60,199 nt of DNA, filler included, from Sphacelaria rigidula (GCA_964200075.2; 8 parts of 8 records of this genome joined end to end with filler, not necessarily neighbours in it); one strand, 5' to 3'; positions 1 through 11,925 are shown, numbered from the whole stretch's first letter. Made by a program: numbers and translations. The notes: generated by a model not told the origin, from the letters alone.

Positions 1-792
1 TAGATCCAGGACCAGGGTGCCCGAAACAAAACTGGCTGAAGTACCTGAGGGACGATCTCCACGCTTTCGGAGCCACAGACGGCTCTACGGACGACAAACG
101 CCAGACATTCGGAATTGACCGCGGCCTATGGACCTCAGCAGCATATCAGGAGGGGGGTTGCCGTGGCACGCGGGAATGATGCAGGGAGCGGAGAGGTTCA
201 TGATCTCATGGTACAGAAACAAAGAGGAGGCCAGCCGACTGCGTGCGATTACCCGGGAGACCAGCGAAGCCCCAATAGCACAGCAGTGACGACGGTCCAG
301 ACAAGGGGGGATTGGGGGGTGATTCCCCCCGATGAGGGGTGTCGTTACGCCATGCAGTGCTTGTCTTGATACACCTTGTATGCTTGCACGTATGGCTGTC
401 CCTCGAGAGGTTGAAATATGGAACCTTGCGATTCTTAGTTCTTTGGTTGACGGTATTTGGGGCATTGAGTCTCGCCCGTAGTCGGACCCTATGTTCTTTT
501 CTACTTGGCGTTGTGCGTCGAGTTGGAAAGCCGGGTGCAACCCCCTGAAGTCCGAATGGCCACCTGCGGCTCCAGATCTTCCGAGGTTAGCCATATGCAT
601 TATCTTTCTTATTTATGATTGATCCCTGTTTCGCTTGTATCGCGTTTGTGAGTTCCAATCTGGGTCTATTTTAGTTTTTTGGTTTTCTGCAAGCCTGTGG
701 CCACGGAAGGCGTCCACATCAGATGCCCAGTACGAATGTACCGCGCAGATATCGGAACGGTTTTTAATGTGAAGACAACAACAACAACAACA
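1..792 (+). mobile_element. 3' end of a non-LTR retrotransposon (LINE, probably RTE-like): degenerate ORF C-terminus, 3' UTR and (CAA)n tail
   Basis: Translation near the start gives GCPKQNWLKYLRDDLHAFGA...LWTSAA and, after a frameshift, WHAGMMQGAERFMISW. This resembles the G.P...W...L..DL region that follows the RT domain of RTE-type LINEs. The UTR ends in (CAA)n at ~775-792, and the same UTR plus tail recurs at 45226-45380. Confidence 0.65.
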
Positions 793-1085
793 ATGGCTAT
801 CGATAGACCACGTGCCAAATCTATTGATGACAATGATGGCTATTGACAGACTGTGTACCAAAGCTATTGATGACGGCAATAGCTATTGATAGATTGCGCA
901 TGGATCTATGCATGGCGACAAAGAATATCGATAGATACGTACCCGAATCTACTGAGGTACAGTATGCAATGCCTACCGATAGATATTCTCCGTCGTCTGT
1001 TACCACACCTGCATCGCAACATACTATGTATAGACCATATTATAATCCGTTAAGGTACGGTAGAGAAGCCGCAGGTGGACATACA
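793..1085 (-). mobile_element. Internal fragment of the CTATCGATAG-rich non-autonomous DNA transposon family
   Basis: Reverse complement aligns by eye to ~9020-9315, e.g. gtaccgtacc-taacgga-tataatat and caatctatcaatagctattgccgt. Confidence 0.75.
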
Positions 1086-1203
1086 CACACGCGGCCATTC
1101 GGCTACCGTGTACAACAGTAGGGGGGCTGATATAAGGCAGGGGCGTGCGTGATGAAGTTTACCGCCTTATATCGAGCACCCGCCTTTTTCGTGGATAAGG
1201 CAG
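1086..1203. mobile_element. One end of a TIR element with terminus CACACGCGGCCATTCGGCTAC, abutting the truncated Gypsy integrase
   Basis: The 21-bp terminus matches the TIRs at 54455 and 54838. It is followed by inverted subterminal GATATAAGG/CCTTATATC motifs. Confidence 0.7.
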
Positions 1204-1979
1204 ACATGCGAAAGATGAAGGTCCCAGTCATTCTGCCGGTCGTGTACGACCATGGAGAGTATTTAAGCCATAGTGTGGTTCACACGTTCAGTTCCACCGT
1301 TACCGTTAGGGTGGTAGGCGCTCGTGGCAATTTTGCGAATGCCAAGGAGCTTGTACAAAGCCTCCGAGAGTTCGGAGCAAAGTTGTTGACCATTGTCGGA
1401 GAGGAGCCGTTTCGGGCAGCCATAGTGCTTAATGTAGTCATGGACGAGAATGTCCGCTGTGCCGGCAGCATTGAAATCGCTAGCAGTAACAGCGTACATG
1501 ACCGCGTGACGGAAGCGATCGGTGAAGAGCAGAATGTAGGTGTTACCACGGTCAGTGGTGGGTAAAGGGCCGAAGTAGTCAAACGACACGAAGTGACCAG
1601 GAGCGTTTGGAAGCTCCATGAAAATCACCGGCCATCGTAGAGTCTGTCGAGCGGTTTTGCGAGTCAGACATTTTAAACATCGTCGGATCCAAAAACGCGT
1701 GGATGCTTCCATGCCGATCCACCAATAAAAACGTTGAAAGAGCGCTAACGTGCGCGTGACGCCTAAGTGGCAGAAAAAATCAGGGTGATAGCCCTTCATG
1801 ACCCACGGGTGCATCATGATAGAGACATAGATGCGGATAAGGGCGTCATGACGCATATATGCCGGAGTGGCAGTTATTACTGTGGCAGCCGTGCTCAAAT
1901 GGTAGTTGAGTCGGCGAACAAGCAAATGGACGTCGTCGCCAGTCGCGAAGATAGTACCTTTGCGTGCAAGCTCGAGCAC
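1204..1979 (-). pseudogene. Gypsy integrase (HHCC zinc finger + DDE core), with a premature stop and 3' truncation
   Basis: Motifs H..(G)HLGVTRT...FYWWIGM...RCLKC, VSFDYFGPLP, LLFTDRF, LLSDNGQQ and YHPNGNGGTERVNHTMA. A TAA at 1263-1265 is followed in frame by ILSMVVHDRQNDWDLHLSHV. Confidence 0.93.
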
Positions 1980-2093
1980 TTCAGAGGCGGTGGGGGCGGG
2001 TAGCGTGCCTACTGGAGTCAGGATCTCAGCCGGGAAAGGGGTGGGGAAATTAAGCCATAAGTACCGCGTTGTCGCGCGACAAAGCGGTTCCTG

Positions 2094-4393
2094 TTATTGG
2101 TCGCGAGCCCAATCGCGGTGAGAGTAGCTAGCGAGAAATTCTCGAAGTTGTCCTTCAGCCGGAGAGCCGACCAAACATGGTGGCTCAGGAGGGGGTGGCA
2201 CAGGTGAGGAAACAGGGGTGCCGACGTCAACATTTTGGTCCGGAAGCGGATGTGACGCATGCGGATCGCGAGTCAGAGGCGCAGGTGTAGGGGTATCGCG
2301 AACTGGTGAACGCGATCGGCGCGTTGGGCGCGCAAGGGGCGCGGACTTTGTCGGTACAGCAGTGGGCGCGCGGCCGGTTGTGGTAGGTGTTGTACGGCTC
2401 GTGGGGGCACGAGGTGGCGGCGGTGGTATCGCGGCACGCGAAGAATTTGCACGCGCTGCCGATCGAGAACGCGTGTTGTCGGAGATGAGGTGAACAGTTG
2501 GTGGTGGCGGCGCCGAGATGTTCGCGCGAGGGCCGAAAGTGCGGATGTCGGTAAAGTCAGCAGCTGTGGGCGCTAAGCCATCCAAAACTGCATCAGGGGG
2601 CAGAGGGCGGGGGCCCCCCATGTGCAGACCTGTTTCAGGGCATTGCAGGTCAAGCGCGTAGATGGGCGTAGAAAAACGCCGAATGAGGTAGACGCCTGGT
2701 TCATCAGGTTCAGTCAAGCGGCAAGCGGGACTGAAATCTACCACTGTAGGGGGCAGAGGCAATCGCGAAAGAAGGTCAGCATTGCCGTTGGTTTTGCCCG
2801 GACGGTGTTTAACAGTGTACTTGTAAGCAGTCAAGAACTCCAGCCACCGTTGTACGTGGGGGTTATGTTCTGCAACCTTAGCGAGTTGTTCGAGAACTCC
2901 GTGATCTGTAAAGATGTGGAAAGGCACGTGGAACAAGTACTGTCGAAGCCGTTTAATAGCCCAAGTTATGATTCCGCCTTCGAGTTTGAGTGGACTCCAG
3001 TTTGCCTCGTGTGGGAGGGTTGCGCGGCTGATGTACACAATAGGTCGGACAGAGCCATCCAACTGGGGCTGATTCAAAACTGCGCCGAACCCATCTGTGC
3101 TAGCATCGGTGTGTAGTTGGAAAAGACGCGAGCCGTCTTGTACCGCATCCCAATCCGGAAAACAAAGAACTGTTTTTTCGGTCAGTGTTTTGAGCAATTC
3201 GCCGACGGTAGCTTCCATGTCTTTAGTGACGACAAACGGCACGTTTTTCTTCAATAAATCGGTGATGGGCCGGATCCGCGTGGACAAGTTGGGAAAAAAA
3301 TTGCGATAATAAGAAAGTCCGCCCAACAGCGAGCGAAGCTGCGAAATATTGGTGGGCATGGGCATATCATTCATAGCCTTGACCTTGTTCGTGTCTAGGT
3401 GCAATCCAGCAGGAGAAATAGAGTGTCCCAAAAAATCCAATTCAGTCGCTCCGAGTCGAGCTTTGGATGGAGACAATTTCAAGTCGTGTGTACGCAAGCG
3501 GGCGAGGAATTCCCGTATAGTGCGAACATGCGCCTTGGGGGAGGCATCAAAAGCGATAGCATCGTCTAGATACATGATAACATGCTCGAGACCGTCAGTA
3601 ACGCGTTGCGTGAGGCGTTGAAAGCAGCCAGGTGCTGTGGCAGCGCCTTGTGGTATACGAAGCCGTTCATAAAGCCCTGAAGATGTACAGAACGCTGTCA
3701 ATGGAACTGTATCGGGGTGAATTGTATTTCGGAAAAATCCAGATGCGAGATCGGAAGTGCTAAATATCTTTTCTTCGCCGAGAGAGTCGAAGACTTCGTC
3801 GATGCGAGTATGGGGAGTTTTCACACGACAGTGACGCGATTCAGCCGTTTGTAATTCACGGTGATGCGTATGTTGCCATATGTTTTGGGGACGACCACGA
3901 GGGGTGAGGCCCATGGCGAAGATGAGTGTTGAATCAGATCAGCTCCTAAGTATGCATCCACAATAGCGTTGACTTTTTTGGTGAGGAGGGGATTCGTTCG
4001 ATATGGTCGGGATGAGATGGGCGAAACGCCAGGTTGCAGGATTATCTCGAATGGCAATGTTTTACAATGCCCGAGATCCGTCTTGGATCGGGAAAACCTG
4101 TCCTGGTATTCCAGGAGAACATCGTGTAACTCTTGGATGACAGCGGGCTCCCAGCCCCGGCCATGTAGATTGAAATGGATATTACGCAAATGAGGTGGAA
4201 GTTGGTGCCACATTTGCAGGAAGTGTTCCCGAGACTCGACCGATAAGCGTAGAAGCACTTCATCAGGAGGTTCAGCAGGGGGTCGGTCGGATTCCACCGC
4301 AGAAATCCGAGTCGGGGATGATGGGGATAGATCAAAGTATGGCTCGTCAATGCAGTGAACAGAACCATTAGTCGGCTCCACTGAGTGTGCCAA
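2094..4393 (-). pseudogene. Gypsy reverse transcriptase + RNase H, split by a frameshift near 3821
   Basis: SSSPWASPLVVVPK..GNIRITVNYKRLN lies in ORF 3821-4393. ORF 2094-3914 has DLASGF, PQGA, YLDD and FLGH, plus the RNase H motifs LHTDASTDGFGAVL, FTDH and NGNADLLSRLP. Confidence 0.95.
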
Positions 4394-4427
4394 AGTGTTT
4401 TAATTGGAGTTCTCGACGAGGCGCCGA

Positions 4428-4800
4428 CTAAGGCGATAGTGGTGGGAGGGTGCGGTACGAACGTTGGTCGAACCGCATGTAGCTATCTCTGCCAAGAAGG
4501 AGAGCATAATGCATGGTGCTGTCAGGGACGATGTAAGCCCAGACTGCGAGACTAGCCGAACGTGTATCATTGTGAAAAAACTGCACACCAAGACGAACAG
4601 ATTTTCGTGTCGTCAAGGATATTTTGGAGTCACCGAAACCGCCCCAAACGCGAGGTTGGGTGGTGATTTCGCAAACATCGGAAGCAGAGCTAGTCTGCTT
4701 CATATGATCCCACATGGATTCTTTGATGAATGTCTGTGGACTACCGCTGTCTAAGAACGAGGCGCACTTGGCGCGCGTGGTAGCGTAAGGGCGGTAGTGT
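4428..4800 (-). pseudogene. Retrotransposon aspartic protease at the end of a long low-complexity ORF (4428-5879)
   Basis: Catalytic FLDSGSPQTFI motif and C-terminal LLLGRD. Confidence 0.85.
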
Positions 4801-5894
4801 AGTGCTACGCGGGTAGTGAGGGTGGCAGGATCAACGGACACCTTACCACCAACGAGGTCAGGGCCATGTTCAGATAACGTGAATTGGTCAGGATTAGTCG
4901 GATTGACCGTGAAGACGGATGGCGGGTGATCCGCGCGGGGGGTTCGACGGTATCGGTAGACAGCGCCGGGGCATAACCGATCGTGAAGGGCAGCGTGAAT
5001 CAGGATTTTGAACAATCTCGTAGATGACGGGCTTGGAAGTACAAGGGTCATCATAGAAGATAGATGCTGCGAAGTGCTACGGGGGTCATCAGTGGAGGAA
5101 GTGGTACCATCTGAAAGGTCCGATTTTGATTCCTCTTGGATGCCTGGTAATGTCCTCGAGCTCAAAGTCGCCGCTTTTTGGGGAGAATGAGATCGGAATT
5201 TGCCGCTGACGGGAGGGGGACGTGCCAATGCTCGCGCTTTTTTGGGGGCATGGCGAGGCTTCCTCTCGTGCCGTGACAAATGGCTGGAAACTTCCAAGAC
5301 GTCTTGGGAAACTGCAACTGCGTCCAGTTGAGGTGATGTTGTCAGCATCGGGGCATGCTCGGCCGAAACTTGTGGATTGTCCGCTGGCAAGCTCGGTATA
5401 AAGGGCACTGCTGAATGTGAAAGGGGGCGAGTGTTGTCCGTTGTATGTCGAGGTAGCTTCGCGGCAGAAGGGTGGCGCGAAGAACGACTGCAATCAGGCT
5501 GGATAGGGGTCGAAGGATTTGAAGTGGTCAGTTTCAAACCATCGACACCAGAATCAGTTGAAGGAAGTCTGCTACAACCGGTGCGTGCGGTCGTTGAACA
5601 AAGCCTGTACCTCAAGGGTCCGCGGTCGGTTTTCCCACACCTCAGATTTATACTTAGTTCCGGAGGACCAAGTCTGGAGCCAAGCATAGAGCTGGGTGGT
5701 GGGTCAACACAACGGTTACGCTGTCTGTGAGAAGATAGAGACGGGGATCGAGAAGAACCGCCGCCTTCAGATCTCCTACACAGAGTCGAAAAGTTTGGGT
5801 GAAAACGCTTTGTCACCCGAGCGGCGGTGTGTGTTGGATGAGTCTTCGATTCTGCTATCGGCGGCGCCGAAGACTTCACGCCGTCGTCGGCGTG

Positions 5895-7247
5895 TCATGG
5901 GTTGTTGCGATCCGTCATGAAAGAACCAGGGTTTCTGGCATTGGGGTTTGAGTTGTCGTGACTCAGCCCCGTTCGCTGGTGATGACCATGCGAAGACTGA
6001 GAAGGGCGGAAAGAACTCTCACTATGACGAGTACCTGAGACGGTAGTGGTGGTGTGGCGGAGGTCACGATTTGAGCCAGAGTCGCTATGATTGTGGTAAG
6101 ACTGGCGATGGTGGCGAGGTGGTGTACGATACTCGCGCATGCGTTTTTGCCATCGACACCACGCCGGACCGTTGCTCTGAAGTTCAGGGTTCATGAACGA
6201 AAAAGTATTGATGCAAGGTTCAGGGCAGTCACGCATTCTGTGGCCAGTACCATTGCAGTTGATGGATGTGTTAGCATGGCGACGAAAATCATCCTCGCGA
6301 GCCGAAGGTGAAAGCAAGCGGGTCCACAAATGTGGGTCATCCGTGATAGAAGCAGGTGTGGAAACGACATGAATGTCATCAAAAGTGTCTGCCGAATAAG
6401 GCCAAGCGTCGAAGCGTGCTCGGAAGGGGTCTTTTTTGCTATGAACAGGAATGACCGATCCACCGACAGAGTTGGGTGTCCAAGTGTTACTGGACAAAGT
6501 GTGAGTGCGTCCACGAGACCCGGAGGTACTCGTGGATGCGGCACGCAAGGTCTGCGAAGACCCAGAAGAACACTGTGTGCCACTAATGGCAGGCGTTAAA
6601 TTATGTTCTTGATCTACAAACGCAGTCCACATCGCGTCTACGGAGGCGTAAGGCACCTCTTTGTGCGCCAAAGCGCCCGGAAACAGAGACGGCATCAGCG
6701 TCGAAAATTGCTGAGCGATACTATTGCGAAGATATGTCTGGCGCATAGCATCCCTAGGGCCATTCTGTCGGCCAATACCAGTTACACTAGACACCAAAAG
6801 CTTGAATTCGCGTAGGTAGTCAGCAAAGGGCACGTCTGTTGCCACGGCGAAGGATCTGAGGCGCTTGATGGCACCTGCCTGATCGGACTTATCAAAACAA
6901 CTTATGATGCGCCTATCCAAATTGCCGAATAGTAGCGGCACTGTTTGCCCGCCGGCACAATCTTGATCCATTGCTTGGAAGAAGGAGTCGAGAATCTGCG
7001 TCAAGGAAGCAGCAACGCCAGGGGAGAGACGGTTGATTGAGCGATGCAAAGCCTTGTGTAACGGGGTTTGCCATCCATCAATCCAGTCGGAGGCTTCGAT
7101 ACGTTGTTGTCCGGTTGCGTCGGCCAACTCAAGGATATTGCGCATAGCTCGACGCATTGAGGAAATGAGAGCGGATGTAAACTGATCAGAGTCCTCATTG
7201 TCTGCAGCAGGCATGGTTTTGATATGCCAGAGTTTTTTAACGTCCAT
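5895..7247 (-). CDS. Gypsy Gag-like protein with a degenerate CCHC zinc knuckle
   Basis: 450-aa ORF upstream of pol. Capsid-like FADYLREFKLL and knuckle-like (S)INCNGTGHRMRDC. Confidence 0.75.
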   Translation of the reverse strand: MDVKKLWHIKTMPAADNEDSDQFTSALISSMRRAMRNILELADATGQQRIEASDWIDGWQTPLHKALHRSINRLSPGVAASLTQILDSFFQAMDQDCAGGQTVPLLFGNLDRRIISCFDKSDQAGAIKRLRSFAVATDVPFADYLREFKLLVSSVTGIGRQNGPRDAMRQTYLRNSIAQQFSTLMPSLFPGALAHKEVPYASVDAMWTAFVDQEHNLTPAISGTQCSSGSSQTLRAASTSTSGSRGRTHTLSSNTWTPNSVGGSVIPVHSKKDPFRARFDAWPYSADTFDDIHVVSTPASITDDPHLWTRLLSPSAREDDFRRHANTSINCNGTGHRMRDCPEPCINTFSFMNPELQSNGPAWCRWQKRMREYRTPPRHHRQSYHNHSDSGSNRDLRHTTTTVSGTRHSESSFRPSQSSHGHHQRTGLSHDNSNPNARNPGSFMTDRNNP

Positions 7248-7438
7248 CTGTAAGTACTCACGCTTGATTGCAGCGGCACGAGATGCTTCTCTACAAGTAT
7301 CGGAAGCGGCTTTATCAGCGGCAGCTTGTTGTTTGGTGCGGCGGCGGCAGCTAGTGACCGAGCCGAGGTAGAAGACAATGGGCGAGCCGAATTGTCACTA
7401 TCGACACTTTCTACGATAGCCCCCCCCCAAAACCAGCT

Positions 7439-7538
7439 NNNNNNNNNNNNNNNNNNNNNNNNNNNNNNNNNNNNNNNNNNNNTTAATTAATTAANNNNNN
7501 NNNNNNNNNNNNNNNNNNNNNNNNNNNNNNNNNNNNNN
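7439..7538. other. Artificial contig spacer N44-TTAATTAATTAA-N44; also at 14977-15076, 22515-22614, 30052-30151, 37589-37688, 45126-45225 and 52663-52762
   Basis: An identical 100-bp linker occurs seven times. TTAATTAATTAA places stop codons in all six frames, and the flanking contigs are all 7437-7438 bp. Confidence 0.99.
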
Positions 7539-7688
7539 CGAAAAAATGGGCGGGGCACAGCCATATTGGCGAGCGTTTGGCGTCTTGGCCGGCCCAGCTC
7601 GTATATAGGTAATCCGTCGAGTCAATGTGTGCGTACGTACTCATGTATGTATGTATGTATGTATGTATGTATGTATGTATGTGTATCA
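7539..7688 (+). repeat. Probable retroposon 3' end with a (TATG)n tail
   Basis: Unique sequence runs directly into ~10 ATGT units, the same architecture as other retroposon tails in the window. No second copy is present to confirm it. Confidence 0.45.
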
Positions 7689-7690
7689 TA

Positions 7691-8815
7691 CTCTGGACAA
7701 TGGACACAATAATAGTCAATTGCTTCAGCAATAGACACGGGGAAAAATCTATCGACATATATTATCGAGCACGATAGATGGTGAAACACATATATTGATA
7801 TGTATTGCAAGGGACAATAGATGTTGCAATAGTCGATCGATAGCCTATGGCAATTACAATAGATATGTATCACTCGCCATCGATGGATATCGTGTACCGC
7901 AATACATTCTGGGTTGTATATACCGATAGCCATTGCCGTTATCAAGATATTTGGTGAGATATCCATCGATAGTCATTGCCGTTATCAGTAGGTTTGGTGA
8001 GCCATCCATCGATAGTCATTGCCGTCCTTGTAGATAAGGTGGGCCATCTATCAATATACCTAATACCACCGTCAATAGATTTGGTTAGTCGTCTATAGGT
8101 AGCCTCTGCCGCCAACAATGCATTCTTTGGTAACTACCAATATGGGCACTGCCGTCAACAATCGATTGTTCTCGGAAGCGCCTATCGATTGCCAGTGACG
8201 CCAACGATAGGATATATAAAAAAGATTGCTCGCTGCAGTGGTCTCATGTCATCAATGGCAATACCCCCTACACATGAATACGCAACGACCTGAGGCGATA
8301 GCTGGCCATAGCTCTTGTGGAATAAGGTGGGAACATACTGCGAAATATGTGCATACATGGTGCTAGTGATCGACGCCATTCAGCTACTTTTGTGGTCAGC
8401 AATAGATATTAGTGGCCGCGATTCAGATCACATTGTGACCAGCGGTAGACATTGGTGACCGAGATTTAGATTCTATTGTGACCCTTAATAGACATTGGTG
8501 GGCTCAATTGGTATCCTATTGTGGCCAACAATATGTGTTGCTGGCCGCGTGGCATATCCTAGTGTGATGAGCAAAATACATTGATGGCCACGATTCAGAG
8601 CCTATTGCAACAAATAAAATGTATCGATAGACAACTTGGCCTCTCCATTATCACGGCAATGATACATTCTGTCCCTCGTCCCGAATCTATTGTCGCCTAC
8701 AACAGCTATCGATAGACTTTGATGCCTATCGATCATGACTGACAATGAACATTGACAGACAATTTTTCGGGGCTATTGTAGCGCCAATGTTCTATTACAT
8801 GTCTATTGTCCAGGG
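7691..8815. mobile_element. Non-autonomous TIR DNA transposon (~1.12 kb) with CCCTGGACAATAGAC-type TIRs and TA flanks
   Basis: Left end ctctggacaatggacacaataatag matches the reverse complement of the right end, ccctggacaatagacatgtaatag. TA flanks both ends. The interior is full of CTATCGATAG/CAATAG motifs and has no ORF. Confidence 0.8.
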
Positions 8816-9019
8816 TATAAGCACATCTCACCCACGCACAAAAGTACTGTAAGCGCTCATGTCCATTAGAGGGACAACCATAAGTACTAACACCACACCA
8901 ATAACAAAAGTTGTAAATTTTTGTCCACACACATTGCGGATTCCTACAAAATACAAGCGTTCCAAAGTTGCAGAAACGTCATGTCATTTATTCACAAGTA
9001 GTATCATTATATACCCACT

Positions 9020-9558
9020 GCATGTCCACCTGCGGCCTCTGTACCGTACCCTAACGGAGTATAATATACTCCATACGTCGTATGTTGCGATGTAGGTGTG
9101 GCAAAAGACGACAGAGAATATATCGGTAGTCATTGTATACCACAGTGGATTCTGGTATGTATGTATCTTTATCTATCTATATCTAATGCCGCCGCGCATA
9201 GATTTATACGCAATCTATCAATAGCTATTGCCGTAATCAATAGATTTGGTATACAATCTGTCAATAGCCATCGTCTTCATCAAAAGATATGGCATGCGGT
9301 CTATCGATAGTCATTGCCGGCATCAGTAGATTTAGAAAGCTATCGATCGATGCATTTGGTCGGCCGCAATAGATTTCGGTGTGAGGCCACAGCAGACTGC
9401 TGCCCAGACAAGAGTTTGGGAAACTGGTCTATCGATAGGCATTGCAAACGAAAATAGAAGATAAACTTGACAATCGATGGCCATCACGGACGACAATATT
9501 GGCATCTATTGCAGCAGATTCTATTGCTATCGCGATGGATGCTGTCTATTGTCCAGGG
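9020..9558. mobile_element. Partial second copy or relative of the CCCTGGACAATAG TIR family
   Basis: Ends in gtctattgtccaggg at 9558 and has the same ATCGATAG-rich motifs. Homologous to 793-1085. Confidence 0.7.
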
Positions 9559-9671
9559 TGTGATGTGTATGTATGCACCTGTGAATGTATGATGTATGTA
9601 TGTATGCACGTATTCATGAATGTATGTATCTATGTGTCTTTTTTTTTCATATTTTTTTCCCTCACACTTTG

Positions 9672-9912
9672 AATCCCTCCCCTTTCTCGGGATTAGTCCG
9701 TGGTCTCAAGGGATCAACCAATCTCTTCCCGGTACGTGCCTTTCATTTTGGTCTCGCGNNNNNNNNNNCAGTCGACTACTTTGTTTACTCACGTTCTCAC
9801 GCTTTCAACGATGGAAATCATACATGACGAATAAAAAACCCAACGAATCGGGAATCAAACCCCCGTTCTATCCACCCTAATGGTGACAGTCGGGCAATTA
9901 CACCATCGGGGC
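9672..9912 (-). mobile_element. tRNA-derived SINE, family A
   Basis: The minus strand begins cccgatggtgtaattg (A-box-like) ... ggtttgattccc (B-box-like). The body is homologous to 53250-53548. Confidence 0.7.
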
Positions 9913-11449
9913 GCGGCGGCATCTATGCGTGCGTATGCATGCGTGCATGTATGTATGTATTCATATGCATGCCTGCATGTAGGTATAATCTATTCGAGAA
10001 ACACCCGTTGAACAACGCTACGAGTACATCGAAGGTGTTTTTGTTTGCCAGGCATCGAAAAAAATGGACTACAAGATGAGTATCTTCGCTGCTGATCATC
10101 CCTCAGGAATGAATCGAACGCTATTCGACGCCTGAGCATGCATAAATACATACACAATACGAACACCTGTACATGCTTTTCTGACATAAATGCATCCGCA
10201 CATCTGTACATACATAACACACCGCAATGATACTCTGGTAACTTGTTCAAAAGTTCACTAGGATGATTTATGCGAGGTGGCGCGAGATGTTCGAAATACT
10301 CCGGTTAAAATATACTTGATGTTAGTGTGGAATCTGAAATCCAAATCTTTGATGGTGTTCAACAGTCATACGCGCCCCCAGGGTGAAGAACAATCGTACT
10401 CGGCACTCGTACAGTCCACACAAATGCATCTTCTTGCTATTGCCCCGGGGACACAGCCGTCGTGAACATCCAAGCGTGATGGGATGATGGCATCCAAGAG
10501 TGATTGGATGATGACATCCAAGATTGGCTGTACTCTTGAATCAGACAAATATAAGGTAGATGTCGCCGTGCCGCAAAGTCAGATCACACAGGATTAGTCG
10601 ACCCAATCTCCCACAATGTCAGTGTGAGGCACACAGTCCAACCCCGTCCCGTCATCTCCCGGCACCCCTCTTTCATGTTCACGTGAATTTTGATGTTGAC
10701 GGTCGAGTCCTCCTCCGGTGTCGAGAGATGCAAGTCGGATTCATTAGCTTACCGACGTTTTCTCCTGGAAAGTCGCAAGATAGTTGTTCGTGCTTGCTGT
10801 CTTCGCGTTTCAATGATGACCTTTTCGCCAGATCAAGTGTCTAGCATCTGACTAAGTGAGGATCGAAAGAGTGGGAAATCCCAATGCATTCATCGAGTGG
10901 TATTTTGGGGGGAATATCTCCCCCGTCAATCCAGGAGCGGGTCATATAGAAACTCTTAGACGTGGGATGGATATTTGTATGTTGTTGCATTGGCCTCGTC
11001 AACCAGCAGAAATGTCAAGTCCCAGATTTCCGTAATTGGTCAAGTAGTGCCTGAAACAGATTCACTGCCAAATGCTCTTCCAGGCCTTATACGAGGCCTT
11101 ACACTTTTCCTGTCGTACCTTGCCACTTAAGCCTCGGGTATCCCTGAGTATGATGATCGACGTGTAGCTGTAAGCACACGATATTGTTACAGGAAAGAAA
11201 GCCCCCACAAAATGGAAAACTGGTCAAGTCAGAGTGAATAATGAAACTCACTCTCAATCGAATGCTCAGACACTCAATCTCGTGAAAAGGTCGTGAACTC
11301 ATTCTCAATCAAATGCTAAGACACTCGATCTGGCGACAACGTTGTTCAATATACTTCATCGTGTAAGTCACCGCCATGAGGACACCCCCTCTCGCCCCTG
11401 CCCACCCTCGTCACCCCGCCTGCCCGTGTTTTTGTGCGCCGTTGCGCAG

Positions 11450-11590
11450 GTGGTACCACGAGAGGATGTGCCCGAGAAACTCATCGCAGCCGGCTGCACG
11501 TTAGTGACTGAGCAGGCCACGTTTATTGTCAATGACGAAACGCCGTTGGCTGTTCCTGCTGCCCCCATTGCTCCTGCTGCCGAATCGTGA
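11450..11590 (+). CDS. Candidate terminal exon of an unidentified gene (VVPREDVPEKLIAAGCTLVTEQATFIVNDE...AES*)
   Basis: Pyrimidine tract and gcgcag acceptor at 11449, open to TGA at 11590, coding-like composition. No family recognised. Confidence 0.4.
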   Translation: MVPREDVPEKLIAAGCTLVTEQATFIVNDETPLAVPAAPIAPAAES

Positions 11591-11777
11591 CGCAAGAGTG
11601 CAGGTCGAAAGTCTACTACTTTTTTTTGCCCCATACGTGCGGGCTACTGCGGCACGAAGTGTACTGATGGGACTGTTGTTTTTGTTGCTGTGTTTTTGCC
11701 CTTGTTCCGTGCTAGCGTTGTGTTCCTATACAAAACAGATGGCCTCTAATAGTGTTTTCCGTTCACGTCGCTCCTTT

Positions 11778-11925
11778 CCCCCTTCCCCCATTTCCTTGTT
11801 TTTTTTGGTGGATTGCACTTGGAAGTGCACAATGGTCGCGTCGATGTGGCCCTCCTTCCCCCATTTATTCGTTTTTTTGGTGGATGGCACCGAGAACTGT
11901 GCAGTGGGCGCGTCGATGTGGGATT
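11778..11925 (+). repeat. Two tandem copies of a ~73-bp unit
   Basis: ccttcccccattt...ttttttggtggat.gcac...gcgtcgatgtgg occurs twice. Confidence 0.75.

Larger units (their letters stand above)
1204..7438 (-). mobile_element. Degenerate Ty3/Gypsy LTR retrotransposon, internal region (LTRs not in contig)
   Basis: Domain order on the minus strand is gag - aspartic protease - RT - RNase H - integrase, which is diagnostic of Ty3/Gypsy. It carries several frameshifts and stops. Confidence 0.95.

Noticed and set aside
1149..6815. Plus-strand ORFs over the Gypsy element as antisense genes
   Set aside because: They are shadow ORFs of the GC-rich minus-strand coding sequence, with no independent motifs.
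7483..7494. Recurrent TTAATTAATTAA as a biological repeat or recombination site
   Set aside because: It is always centred in exactly 44+44 Ns, so it is an assembly linker.
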